From: Setoptus koraiensis
Lineage: Eukaryota > Animalia > Arthropoda
Length of the DNA: 64,000 bases
Assembly (NCBI GenBank): GCA_048013815.1
Contig: CM106586.1
Coordinates: 17,360,001-17,424,000, forward strand
Reading direction: 5' to 3'
Below are positions 21,633 through 33,958 of this stretch, in pieces. The stretch's first letter is position 1; each line of letters opens with the position of its first letter. The translations under genes and the position numbers were made by a program. The notes beneath the pieces were generated by a model, which worked only from the letters and a program-made list of their open reading frames with translations, was not told where the DNA came from and searched no databases.

Positions 21633-21722
21633 TTGTGATTCACTGACAGCTTGCGATTCACTGACAGCTTGCGATTCACTGACAACTTGCGATTCACTGA
21701 CAACTTGCGATTCACTGACAAC
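21633..21722. repeat. 18-nt minisatellite x5 (TTGCGATTCACTGACA[G/A]C)
   Basis: Seen directly. Confidence 0.92.
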
Positions 21723-23413
21723 TTGTGAATGAATTGAGAATTGTCTCATTAGTAACGGTGCATGGCGCGTCTATTTAGCGAAAGCTCAACCTGTTCAAAC
21801 GCTCGGTTACGCTCGTCAGCTGGCCAGTGAGAGCCGGCCGGCAGTTTGCGGCAGTTCGCGCCAGTTTGCGCCAGTCTGAGACGGCTTGTGGCAACCTGTT
21901 GCCGGCACATTGAATAGTGGCGCCCATAGCGGTCGAGTTGTCGGCGTTGTTGTTGTTGCTCGGCTCGCAGCGACAGCCAACGACAGCAACGGCCAACAAC
22001 GACAACAACAACAACGACAACAACGGCCACCATTTAGATGTTGCGGCAGCCGACAGCTGGCAGTGATACATTATTTGCAAACGAGCCGCTTCGAGACTCA
22101 AATGGACGCATCGTCGCCGTCATGCGAACGCCTAATGACCGGAATACACCTGTTGGGCTGTCTGGCCGAGCGGGCATCTGTGGCCGCTTCGCTGGCCACT
22201 TTGCGTCTGCGATCTGATAATTTGCTCTGGCCAGACCACACACTATAATAGCATATGTGCCATGAATATAAATCACCGCCGCTGCAAACATAACAGCGCC
22301 GGCCCGACGAGCCGATTTCGGCCGCCGGCCCGGCATGCAAATGCGGCCAGCGAGATGCGCCCAAAAGGCATCGCGAATTCAATCGGATGCGTCCGTATGA
22401 CTGGCGCATGTACGAAGCGATTGTTGTTGCTCTTTCGAGTTGGCTCACAAGTTGCCGGTCGCAATCGGCATCGTCAGTGGCCGGCGTGCAGGCAACAACA
22501 GCGACAACAACAGCGACAACCACGCAACAGCAACAACCGCGCAACAACGACACAAATTGCACAAATTATCCGCCGCTGCAGCATTGACGCTGCAGTCAGT
22601 GCAGTGCGAGCCCGATGATGACGTAACTGGCGTCGTCATTACGCTCGTTCGCGCCATGAGAACGTTGATGCGCTGCAATTGCCGGTGTTACACACAATTG
22701 GCGTCGCAACTAGCCGACTGGCCGGCCAACAATGTGTGTTGTTGTTGTTGCTGTTGTTGCTGTTGTTGCTGCTGCTGCTGCCGTAATGGGATTAATGCCC
22801 GGCGTCATTATTGCCCATTGAAAGTATCGCAATTACGTAACGGATTTCGCTCAATTGATGCTGCCAAACTGTGCCCATTCAACACTTTTCATCGCCATTC
22901 ATTATTGAATATCAACAATATCAACGCACGCTCAATTGTGCCACATTCACACCGCACTGCAAGCCTCCAACTGGCAACAACTTGCTGAAAAATACGCTGT
23001 TAGAAAGTTTCGGCCAGCGCCCAACCTCAATGGCGCTCATTTGAATAATTACCCCAGGACCCGATTGTGCGATTTTGCCCAATTGCCATTTGGCCGGCCG
23101 TCGGCGCGCCAGCGCAACATGTGTGTTTTTGGGAAAATTTCTGCTCGCTTCTTTCGCTCAAAGTCTCCTCGCACTGTTAACAATCAACCGAGTATCGGTC
23201 GGCCATACAATAGGCGCATCTGGGACAGGCCCACAGCGCCGAACGGGCGCCCGAAATTCGCGGCGCAACCCGCGAAATCGCCGGCCATCGGTCGCATAAT
23301 TTATCCGCGAGTTGAGTGGATAAATTATCCGACCGCTGCCGTGATTAGCTGGCCGGAAGCGGCCAGGCCCGAGGCTGCGGCCGGCAGGCGCCTGAGAGAT
23401 TTTGGCCGGCCAG

Positions 23414-23475
23414 TTTGAGAATCTCAAATTGAGATGTGGCCTGAGTGAGAATCGCAAATTGAGATGTGGCCAGAG
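23414..23475. repeat. 30-nt tandem duplication beginning with the palindrome TTTGAGA-A-TCTCAAA
   Basis: Seen: GAGAATCTCAAATTGAGATGTGGCCTGAGT followed by GAGAATCGCAAATTGAGATGTGGCCAGAGT. Confidence 0.8.
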
Positions 23476-25073
23476 TGAGAGATTTGCCTATTGGTGTGTC
23501 ATTGTTGTGCACAGTGTGGCGACGGTGATTTATTGGAATTGCGCTGCTCGGATTGGATCGAGCAGCGCTGGCTCGATGAGCGCTGGCCGGCTAACAGGCC
23601 GGCCAGCGATTGATTGCCCGGCAGGATTGAATTGTAAATTGCGAGAATTAATTTCATCAGATCATCGTGGCCGCAGAGAATGCAGCTAGCGGCCAGTTAA
23701 TGGCTGTCGCAACAGCCATGCCAAGTGGCTATTATGTAATATAACGGCGTTATAATAGCGCGGCGCTGGCCACTTCCTAATGCGCGCCACTTGCTCAACT
23801 GATGAATGAGTTTTTGTAGTTTTAATACTGATTTTCATTCATTTTGGTTATGATTTTAATTTAATTTTAAAACGCAATTTTAACCAGCGGCCGAACAAAG
23901 CCTTGGCGTGCCTATTCCACCGTTCTCAGTTTGCTCAGTCTATTGTGTGCGATCTTGATATTATCAAGTTGATAACTCGCTCAGGCTCCGACCCAAGGCA
24001 CGACCAACGAGCAAAGTAAAGTGAGACGGCCGATCGAATCGCGGATGACGTAATCGGCAGGCAGGGATCGATGTTGTTGTTGTTGTTGTTGGCATGCCAA
24101 CCAGATGACAACAACAACAACAACAACCAATGAATGGCGGGCTTTGATGGCGGCGGCGGCGGCGGGCACTTCCGTTTTGTCGTTGGAAAGTAACGGGCCA
24201 CACACAATTGTCCTTGCACTTGCACTTGTCGCATGAGCAGTGACACTGGCAGCGCACATTACACATTGCGTAATAGTCGGTGGCAGTTGATGCAGCGATT
24301 GTAGGTGGCATTGTGGGCACATCATACAACATGTTGTACATGATACAACGGCCACAATAACGGTATTTTGGCAGCTTCAAATGGCACTCATTGTTCCAGC
24401 CGGCGGATTGCAACATCACGCCATCGCTCATTGTTGTTGTTGCTGCCGCTGCTGTTGCTGCCGCTGCTGTTGTTGCCGCTGCTGTTGTTGCCGCTGCTGT
24501 TGTTGTGATATATTGCGTCATGTTACAGCACAGTGAGCGACAGTGAGATTTATGTAATCAAGACGCTCTTTCATCGGCAAATCGCTCGCTCTGTCTGTGT
24601 CCGTTTTGCCTGTGTCCGTTTTGCCTGTGCCCATTGTGCCTGTGGCACGCTCTATGTATGGTCGCCTCGAAGTGTGGCATCGAGCGAGCGCTGCAAATCA
24701 GCATAAATCACGGCGTACGGCCAGCAATGGAAAGTGACCACACGTGAGAAGCCGTCGTTATTTGCTGCCAATAGTTGAAAATATCGACACGACCATGGCT
24801 AAATAACTGTCGCTGTTGATGATGCTCGCCGCTCGACGCTCGACGCTCAGTATGCTATCGGTCAACGTGTGAGAGCTGGCCGCTGAAATTAGAATCGGCT
24901 TTGCGTTTCTTTTGACGCTTCGGCGATGACTTGCGCTCGATTTCGGAGTCCGTCCGAGAAGCTTTTCAGCAACAACAGCGGCAGCAACAACGACAGCAGC
25001 AACAACAACAGCAGCAACAACAGCAGCAACAAAACTGTTAAAAAACAACAATCGGCCAACATTGAAGGCGAGC

Positions 25074-25165
25074 TGAGATTTGAGATTTAGGATTTAAGAA
25101 TTGAGAATTGAGAGTTTAGAATTGAGATTCGGGATTCATGATTGAAATGAGAACGAGAGTGAATT
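25074..25165. repeat. Degenerate heptamer array (TTGAGA[A/T])n
   Basis: Seen: ctgagatttgagatttaggatttaagaattgagaattgagagtttagaattgagattc. Confidence 0.7.
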
Positions 25166-25803
25166 CTGGATGGACACATCCAATAACACATACGATCAAA
25201 GCCTTAACATTGAGCTGAGCCAGCGACTTATTAGAATTATCTCAATCACTTTCTTGCCCCACCCCCGGCCGCAATACAAAATGCTGCCGTCTGTCAAATC
25301 TTTTGTTGTTGTTGTTGTTGTTGTTGTTGGTGGTGTCCGCATCACACAACGCAACTGAACACACACACACACACACACACTGTTGGAACACAAACTACTC
25401 AGGTACTCATTGTGACGTAACATGGCCAGCAAACGGAGCGGGCAAATATAACAGTGGTCGAGACAGTCGAGCATCAAAGTAAACACACACACACAGTGAG
25501 ATTTGCAAACAAGCAACGTTAGCGGTAACAGCAGCAACAGGTTGCAATCAGCCGGAAATGACAAGCGACCAACAACAAAACGGAACGGGCCACCAGTGAC
25601 AGCAGCATCCAGTGAACTTGTGTTACACTTGCACTTGCCACCATTCACACTCATGTTAGCGGCACATTAGACACACACATCGATACTCATCTTATTACGT
25701 AATATCCGATAATATTTGTGCGACAGTTTAGTTTTTGCACTTGAGCGCGACACACACACACACACACAAATAGTCACTTCATTGAGTGACGGTGCTACAG
25801 ACG

Positions 25804-26173
25804 ATGCAAGCACAAATAAACACGACCAACAGTCGTGTTAAAACACGAGACAAACGACTGATGGTTGACAGTTGCAGCAACACATTATTGTTACATAATG
25901 CATCATCGGCATCATCGGCATCAATTGCGTCATCAATTGCCAACCAAATAATTGCAAACCAACTAATTGGCGGAAGAGACAATTACAGTTACAAGTGCAA
26001 TTGTGTTTGCACACAACAGTCAGGTAGCGCAAGCAAGCGTTACAAGCGCCAACAAGACACAAGATATAATAACATGATTACGATGATGAAATTGTCGCCA
26101 ACATACATCGACAAATTATCGACAAATATTACGCAACATTGTTTATACACACAACAAACCACACAACCAATAC

Positions 26174-26207
<34 letters not shown>

Positions 26208-29200
26208 ATTATCAATCAATGCACACACAAATGACAAACAAATGACGCAACACCTACGGCAACGGCTACTACATGCTGCAAACGAGTGCCGGCCTCAGTT
26301 TTGGCCCCAAACAGGCCGAGACAGGTGCAGTAGTGAGTCAGTGAGCGACAGCAGAACATTAATCAGCAGTGTCGCAGCTTGTCGGCGAAAAAGAAAACGA
26401 GAATCGCCCGCTTTGCTCATGCTCGTGTTGGCTGTCTTGGCGCAAACTGTCATGCTGGCGCAACACTGTCAGGCCAACAACAGCATCAACAACAAGTACG
26501 AGACCAACTACGAACAGGTGGCAGAAGAGTCGTCGCAACGGCAATCGCGAGTGCAACAGTTTATTGCCGACGACAAGTTGTTGGCACAGTCAGCGTCACT
26601 ACTTCCGCCGCCGCCAACGACAGCAAGCAGCAACGTCAACAATGTCAACAACGTCAACAATGTCAACACTGTCAACACTGTCAACACTGTCAACACTGTC
26701 AACAATCAAACCGCAGCTCAAATCAAACAACAGCAACACGTGACGACCGTGTCGCCCGACCTAACGACCACAGTGCCCCTACCGGCGGTCAGCGTGTCGG
26801 CGGCGCCCACACCGTCCATAAGAACTCAGCCGCAGCACCCGCTCACGTTGCCGCTGGACGGCGGCAACAAGCACTACACTCAGCACGTTGCCACAAGCAA
26901 CAACTGGCACCCGACTCTGGCACCCGCCTTGTTGTTCACAAACAGTAACAGCAACAACAACAACAACAACAACAGGGCCCCGCCAGCGCCCCCTGCCGAA
27001 CAGCAAAGCTCAACAACGAAGGCGGCCAGCGTGACAGCGGCCGGCCACAACGGCAACAGTGCCAATGTCGCATTGTCGGCCCGACACACAAATCACACAC
27101 AAATCTTCGACAAAGCGCCCGCGCGGGAGACAAAGCTTTTGACGACAAAGCCAGACAACAACGCAAACAACAACAACGGCAACAACAACGGCAACAACAA
27201 CGGCAACAACAACAATGGAAACAATCAGGCGAGCAACGATAATAGAGCGAAAGAAGCGAAGCGCAACCTGTTGAATCAAGAGCAAATAGACAGACGCCAA
27301 ATGACGGTGCCCTCGGTACCGCACACAATAATACAAAGTGTGTTTAGGAATGCCCTAAACGAGCTGGTGGGTGGCGAGCGGCTCCTGGCGGCCGCCACAG
27401 CACAACCGTTTTATTTGTCGCCAGCCAGCGGGGGCCAGCTGTTTCCGGTGCCCTCTATGTCGGGCATGGGACAGCCCATCGGGTTGATGGCGTTCAGCGG
27501 GGGCGCCGGGTCGCCGTTTGTGCCCGCTCTGGCGAGCATCAATCAGCAGCCGTACGAGCAGCAACAAGCCAGCTCCAGCAACCAGCCACAAACAACGGGC
27601 AACAAGTTGTTTGGTAACAGGTTGTTTCGCAGTTTCACCACCGCCAACAACAACAGCAACCACAACAGCAACCACAACAACAACAACCACCAACAGCAAT
27701 CGGCATACAACAACAATCTGATGGACAACATCCTAAGCAAACTCAATCTGCAGATGGCCTCCAGCTCGAGCATGGCGCCCACTCTTGCCGCCACTTCCGG
27801 TCACTTCATTCATCATCATTTCGGGCCGGCGGCGACCTCGACAATACCCATACGATTGTCCGCTTTTCGTCCGGCCCTAATGACGTCGGGCTCACATTTG
27901 CAACCGTTCAGCTTGGGCGCCTGGCCCCCGATGCCGCCCGCCCAGCTGATAGCGAGCGCGAGCAATTTGTCGCCAGGCGGCCAAACCGGCGCCGGCGCCG
28001 GCGCTGGCCCGGCCGGCAAAATGATAGTGCCCCGAATTGTGCCCGCCCTGGTCAGTGCGCCCAGCGGGCCGATTTCGCCCGGTTTCTACATACCCGCGTA
28101 CGAGTCCGAGGCCGAGTCGCAATTGCAAAAACTGACCTTTGGCGAGACACTCGCACAGGCCTCGTCGACCATTCCCGGCACCGATTACATACTGCATCCG
28201 GACGAGGTGCGCGCCATGGCCAACATTGGCGAGCTCCACTTCCGGAAGAGCTCAGCGGTGAAGGCGAGCGCCTCTGGGCCCAGCTCGGTGAGCCAGCTGG
28301 CGCCACCAATGGGGCCCCAATCGCACTTTTCGCACCAGCAACAGCAGCACCAGCAGCACCAGCACCAGATGGCGCAATTGTCTGGCAACAACCAGCAACA
28401 GCAGCAGCAGGTCGCCGCCAATCACAATTATGGTCCGGATAATCAGGATCAGGCGGACCAGCAGCACGGCTCGGGACTGATGCAGGAGAATCACCTGGCC
28501 AACATCCGGGATTTCGCCTACAGGGAGCCGAAGTCGTTGTCGTACGCAACGGCGGCCAGCAACTCAAATCCCGTCAATTTCAACAGGCCGCCGCAGCAGC
28601 ATTATGAGCCATTGGCAAATGACAAGATAAAATTGTTGCATCAGCCAACGCGAGTGGGCAAATCTGTGACAAATCAGTGGCAAAACTCATCGCTGGACAA
28701 CAATTTCGCGCACCAGCCAGCGGCCTACAATCAAAATTACAACCAAAATTACAACCAAAATTACAACCAAAATTACAACCAAAATTACAACCAAAATCAC
28801 AACCAAAATCACAACCAAAATCACAACCAAAATCACAACCAAAATTACAACCAAAACGGGCGCCACAACCGGCACCAGCAGCAGCCCGGTGCGTCCGCAC
28901 ACCAGCAGCAGCAGTCGGCCGCGGAGTCGGGCCGCAGCACCACCGTCAACTCGCTCAACGACCAGATAATACAGCATTTCAAGAACGAGAAAATACCCAC
29001 TTTTCCGGCCATCATCAGGGTCAACGACCAGGACTATGTTCACTGGCCGCTGATAAAAATGGGCGGTAGCGGGGGCGCCGGCGGCGAGCCAGCCCAACAG
29101 CAAACTCGCCAGCAACAAACTTACCTGCAACAGCAACAGTATCAGCCGGCGCAGCAGCATGGCGCAACCGGAAGTGCGCAACAACTCGAGCAGCAGCACC

Positions 29201-32200
29201 GCCGGCCTCACAACGGCCAATACCATCCGGCCAATCAGCTGCCAGACAGCCAACCGGACACAACGGGCCACCACCAGTTCGGGCAGCGGCCCAACCGGCC
29301 CGGCATGGCGGCGCCCCAATCGAGCGCGTGGACCGCAGACAACAACAACGCCGGCCCGATGTTTGGCGGCCAACAGGTGGGCGCCGATAACGAGGTCATA
29401 CTGCCCACAACGTTCGGCGCCACCTATCAGCAGCAGCAGCAGCAACAAGTGCCCACTCTGGCCTTTTCCGCCTCCAACGCCTACGCCGACCAACAGCAAC
29501 AACAACAACAGCAGCAACAACCAATGAACCACGTGGACCAGATAAGAACGGCCACCCAATTGACGCCCAGCGACATCAGCGCCGTCGAGGCGTCCATTTT
29601 GGAGGCGCTAGCCGACGCGCAGGCCCGAATGCAGGCCAGCCAAATGCACGAGCAGATCAGGTTCCGCGAGCAGCAGCAACTGTTGCCGCTGGCCTCGGCC
29701 GTGTCGCCGGCCACTTCCGGCGCCAAGAGCAACGGCAAGCCGGCGAGCGCCGGCCAAAAGAACAAGCACCGCAACAACCTCATGAGCAACCTGATCGGTC
29801 TGAGGCCCCGGCGACACTTGTTGTTCAGAAAGCGCCAGAAGCGCAACAAGCAGGCAAGCAAGCAAAACAACAACAATAGCAACAACAACAACAGCAACAA
29901 CAACAGCACAGTGTTTCCGTTTGTGCCGGCCAACACCCAGGCCTCGCTGATGGATCAGATGATCCCGTTCGAGATTTTGTCGCCGCTGGTGGCCGACTCG
30001 TCGTCGTTCATACCCACCACGCTCGAGATGCCGCCCACCCTGGGCAGCTCGTTTCAGCCGGCGGGCCCCGTGATGCCGGCGGGACCCGTGATGGCGGGCT
30101 CGGCCAGCGAACTCATGCCGTTCGTTTATCCGGCGGCCGGCCAGCCGTTGCCGTTCGCCGCTCTGGAGCAGCGCCAATTTGGGCCAGCAACAATGCAGCA
30201 AAACAGCAACAACGCAGCGCCCTCCAAACAGAGCGGCGTTCTCCAGCGCTTGGCCAAGTCGTTTTGGAGGGACAAGACCGGAAGTGGCAGCGGCGCCAGG
30301 CAACCGACGCACAATCGCCAATCGACCGCCGGCCAGGAGCAGCCGCTTTCCGCCGGCCCGGCGGACCCCATGCAGATTCAGGCCACCAATCAGGTGGTGA
30401 GCCGGGTGGTGGCGCCAAACACGATCGCCTACCAGACAACGGGCGCGGCCGCCGAAAAGTACGGCAGCCGCAAACCGAAACTGCTGACTAACGCGGCCGG
30501 CGTTGCGGATTCGCGTTTCGACAAGCCGTCCCAGTTGGCGAGCGACAAACAATTGCATCCTATTGTCGCCAATGCTGTGAATCACGAGCTGTCCGCGTCG
30601 ACGTCGTCGTCGGCGGCGGCCGCCATACCGCCGCGCTTCAAGAACTACAAGACCACCAACAACGACTGGTCGGGCATGACCAGCGACTCGGACTATTTTC
30701 CGCCGCTGCCCGAGCTCAAAGCCGGCGCCGGCCCCGGCCCGCAGCAGCAAGCCGCTATGGACAGCGCACATTTGCAGCGACATTACAAGTCGCTGGGCAG
30801 CCGCAGCCAGCACCTCAGTGGTGGCGGACACACAAACAAATTGAACAACGACAACAACAACAGCAATGTGATACCCAGGCCCGCCAAGCAGCCGAGCAAA
30901 CAGCAGCTCGTCGGGCTGGACAACGGGCCCCTGTTGGCGGCCCAGTCCAAGCTGCAGTTCAGCGCCGATCATCAGGCCCGCACCGGGGTGCCCATTTACA
31001 ACAACAACGTTCGCACGCCTGGCGGCCAGCCCCTGGAACGATCTGTGTCGGCCTCAATGAGAACACCAAACAGCAACCGGGATCACGACGATTCCGACCA
31101 GGACGGGCCAGACAATGAGCCGGCAATGGCGTCGGCGGACAACGACAGCGATTACAACGACGACGAGCCAGCGCCGGCCAGAGAATCGAGACCAATGACG
31201 AGATCGTCGCTGTTGTCGGCGTCGTCGTCGCCGAAGAACACCAACAAACGCAACAAAAAGAATCAGAACATGGTCAATAGCAACAACGACGACAGCAGGG
31301 ACGACGACGACGATGACGACGAAACATACTCCAGTAGCAGCAATCAGCAACCTGTTGCCCCGCTGTCGAATCGCCGTCAACCCGGCCCGTCGCGCCAGCA
31401 CCAGTCAGCCAACAACAAGGTGGCGCCACAGGGCCCGGCCTCGGCAACCCAAATACCCAAACCGATGCCCACCGACTTTGCCTCGCTCACCGGAATTGAT
31501 TTGGGCCGGCTAGACAGTGCGGCGGCCAGCCAGCCGCTGCTGACCGCCACCTCAAATGTGCAGCGACAGGTGACCCAAGGCAATCACGACGTCGCCGGCT
31601 TCGGTGACAGGTCCAAAGTGAAACAGTCCAGCAACAACAACAACGATCGCAGCGGCGCCAAACAGCGGCAACACAATCACAACGTAATTGGCCAAAACGG
31701 CCAAAACAAATCGCCGCTGACCAAACAAGCGGATAAACACAACAGGTATTATCACAACGGCAATGCGGGCGACGAGGGCGAATTCGACGAGGCCGACGAA
31801 AGCAAGGATTTCGGATTCGAGACGGCGACGCCGCTCAGGCCAGTGCACCAAAAACCACAGCCATACGGCACCACTGGGGCCCCGTTGAAGCTTGCCAGCG
31901 CCAAGTCCAGTCAATCTAGTGGTCAACAGGAAACAAATCAGTCGCACAAGCCGCAGCAAATGGCAGAGAATCGCCACTTCAAGCATTCAGTGCCAATGTC
32001 TCAGATGGCATTCAAGCCCATGATAACTCAATCGCCGCCTATCACTCAATCTTATCCGTCCGCTCAAACACAAGCCGCTTTGCCCGCTCCCCCGCAACCG
32101 ACGCCCGGCACCCAAATGCCCACCGCCACCTATACCCAAATGATACCCTCATTGCAACTGGCCAGCTCATCTCAGCCTAGTGGCTCTGGCCACTATAGTA

Positions 32201-32460
32201 CCACTCCGGTGCCGGCGTCACCACAGGCGATGCCCCCATCATTCAAGGCACCGGTTTCTCACCAAAACAACTATCCTATCGCCAATGGTGTCCAGACAAC
32301 TGTGCAGACAATTCCCTATCCCAGCAACTCCCAACAACAGTTAGTGCCAACATCAACTACACAAAATCATAATAATCAACAATATACCAGTGGCGCCGGA
32401 CCAAGTGCCTTGAATCAGCAGTCAAATTATTATCAGCCGCCACAACCACAACAACAACAA

Positions 32461-32507
<47 letters not shown>

Positions 32508-33768
32508 ACAGCAACAGTTTGCGACTCATCAGCAAACAATTTTGCACAATTTGCATGCAAATAATGGCCTAAATAATCATTTGACTGAGTCGCCACTGGA
32601 AGCCGCAACTGCCATGCAACTCCAAATGCAACTGGCCACCAACAACAACCTGTTGCAAGAGCAACAACAACTACAACATCAATTGGCGCTGTTCAATCAG
32701 GAGCAACAAGCCAACAAGCACTGGCTTCAGATGGCCTCATCTCACGCACCCATATCACTTATGATGCCAACTAATGTGCCAGATTCAACATTGCCGCAAC
32801 CACCGGCGCAAACGCCAGCCAAAGGTAGTGGTTTCTTGTATCCGTTTCCGTCGTTATTGATGCGCAATCTGTTTAGTCCGTATCAACCGCGAAAGCGATC
32901 CAAGAGACATATCAACAACAAAGAGGATCATGTTCAATTGATCAATTTACTCGAGTTAAATGTTGAACCGGAAGAAAGATCAGGCCTGCTCAAAATGTAT
33001 GATGCCAATCAGCATAGAATAAGCAATCTTTCGATGGACACCACACACACATTGTTGTCAAGAAATAAGAAACAACGGGATAATGCAAATTACAGTGATA
33101 ATAGTGACACTCTTCTGTGCAATAAAGACAATCACAATTACACTAATGAAATAACAGAAAACTTTTGTACACATTTCGATCACAATTATCCTAGAAAGAA
33201 ACTGTTGGAAGAGCTTGAAACAGGAAGTTTCAATCAACTTATGGATAAGTTTCTTCAATTTAATGACAAGAAATTGAATGTTCTGGATAAAATTCTCTAC
33301 TTCAATGGAGATCAAGATCTAACTATTGAACAATTCACGGATGGACACAGAAAAGTGTCAAAATATTACGAAAAAGCAAACCCTCAGACTGAAGCCACTC
33401 ACAACAATTGTTCCGATACCATAGATACTACTATTACGCCGTCACGGGCTAAAAATATACACGGTCAATGGAGGACTATTGTAAATGTAGATAAATTTAA
33501 GCAGATAATCAAGCTTAAGCAATGCGAAAACAAGGTACAAGACGACCTCCAGCAGAAGAATAGCATCAAGGCTAGGATAAGTAACAATAATCAACAACAA
33601 CCATTAGGTCGACCCCCCATGACATGCCTTTCAAAAGAAAACAAATTGTCCACATGCCAGCAAGGATATTCAACGTTTCATCTATTAGTCTACGATGATA
33701 TTTCCGGCGGCTTTCTGTTGAATCAATTTCGAGTGCCTTCCAGTTGCTTTTGCGCTTGGACACCCTGA
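25804..33768 (+). CDS. Very large Spaetzle/neurotrophin-family cystine-knot protein, single exon, up to 2654 aa (possible start at 26419)
   Basis: Seen: uninterrupted ORF. Signal-like segment RRKRKRESPALL-MLVLAVLAQTVMLAQHCQA (Met at 26419); long Q/N/S/P/A-rich region; furin-type RKRSKR at 32890-32907; Spz pro-region-like C..FC....YP motif (ENFCTHFDHNYPRKKL); C-terminal knot C..AKNIHGQWRTIVN..KQIIKLKQC..C..CQQGYSTFHLLVYD..GFLLNQFRVPSSCFC, matching the remembered Spaetzle family consensus. First ATG (25804) follows a possible acceptor, GCTACAG|. Confidence 0.85.
28729..28857 (+). repeat. Coding 12-nt repeat AACCAAAAT[T/C]AC x10 (NQNY x5, NQNH x4, NQNY)
   Basis: Seen directly within the Spaetzle-like ORF. 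Confidence 0.95.
32449..32517 (+). repeat. Coding polyQ tract (Q23, CAA/CAG)
   Basis: Counted directly. Confidence 0.95.
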
Positions 33769-33952
33769 TAGTATTTCAAACAGCCAGATCGATATCATGG
33801 CCACTTCGAACATCGCTATCTGACTAACTTTTCTCAGACAATATCAGATTGTTCTTTCTATACAATTAGATAAGTAGAAATGACAAACAGGTTGAGCCAT
33901 TAATTTATTCTTTCAAGTTCATAATTATATCGCAAAAAATATATTGTCAACA

Positions 33953-33958
33953 AATAAA
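33953..33958 (+). terminator. AATAAA polyadenylation signal, likely for the Spaetzle-like gene
   Basis: Seen 185 nt after the stop and followed by T-rich sequence. The assignment is inference. Confidence 0.45.

Noticed and set aside
12344-25700. More than 100 overlapping ORFs of 60-236 aa in the GC-rich block
   Set aside because: They are translations of micro- and minisatellites open in several frames at once, often with non-ATG starts and no recognisable motifs.
28052-31986. Long antisense ORFs inside the Spaetzle-like gene (454, 290, 171 and 144 aa)
   Set aside because: These are shadow frames of a GC-rich CAA/CAG/AAC-rich coding strand. They translate to L/V/C/R runs with no domain.
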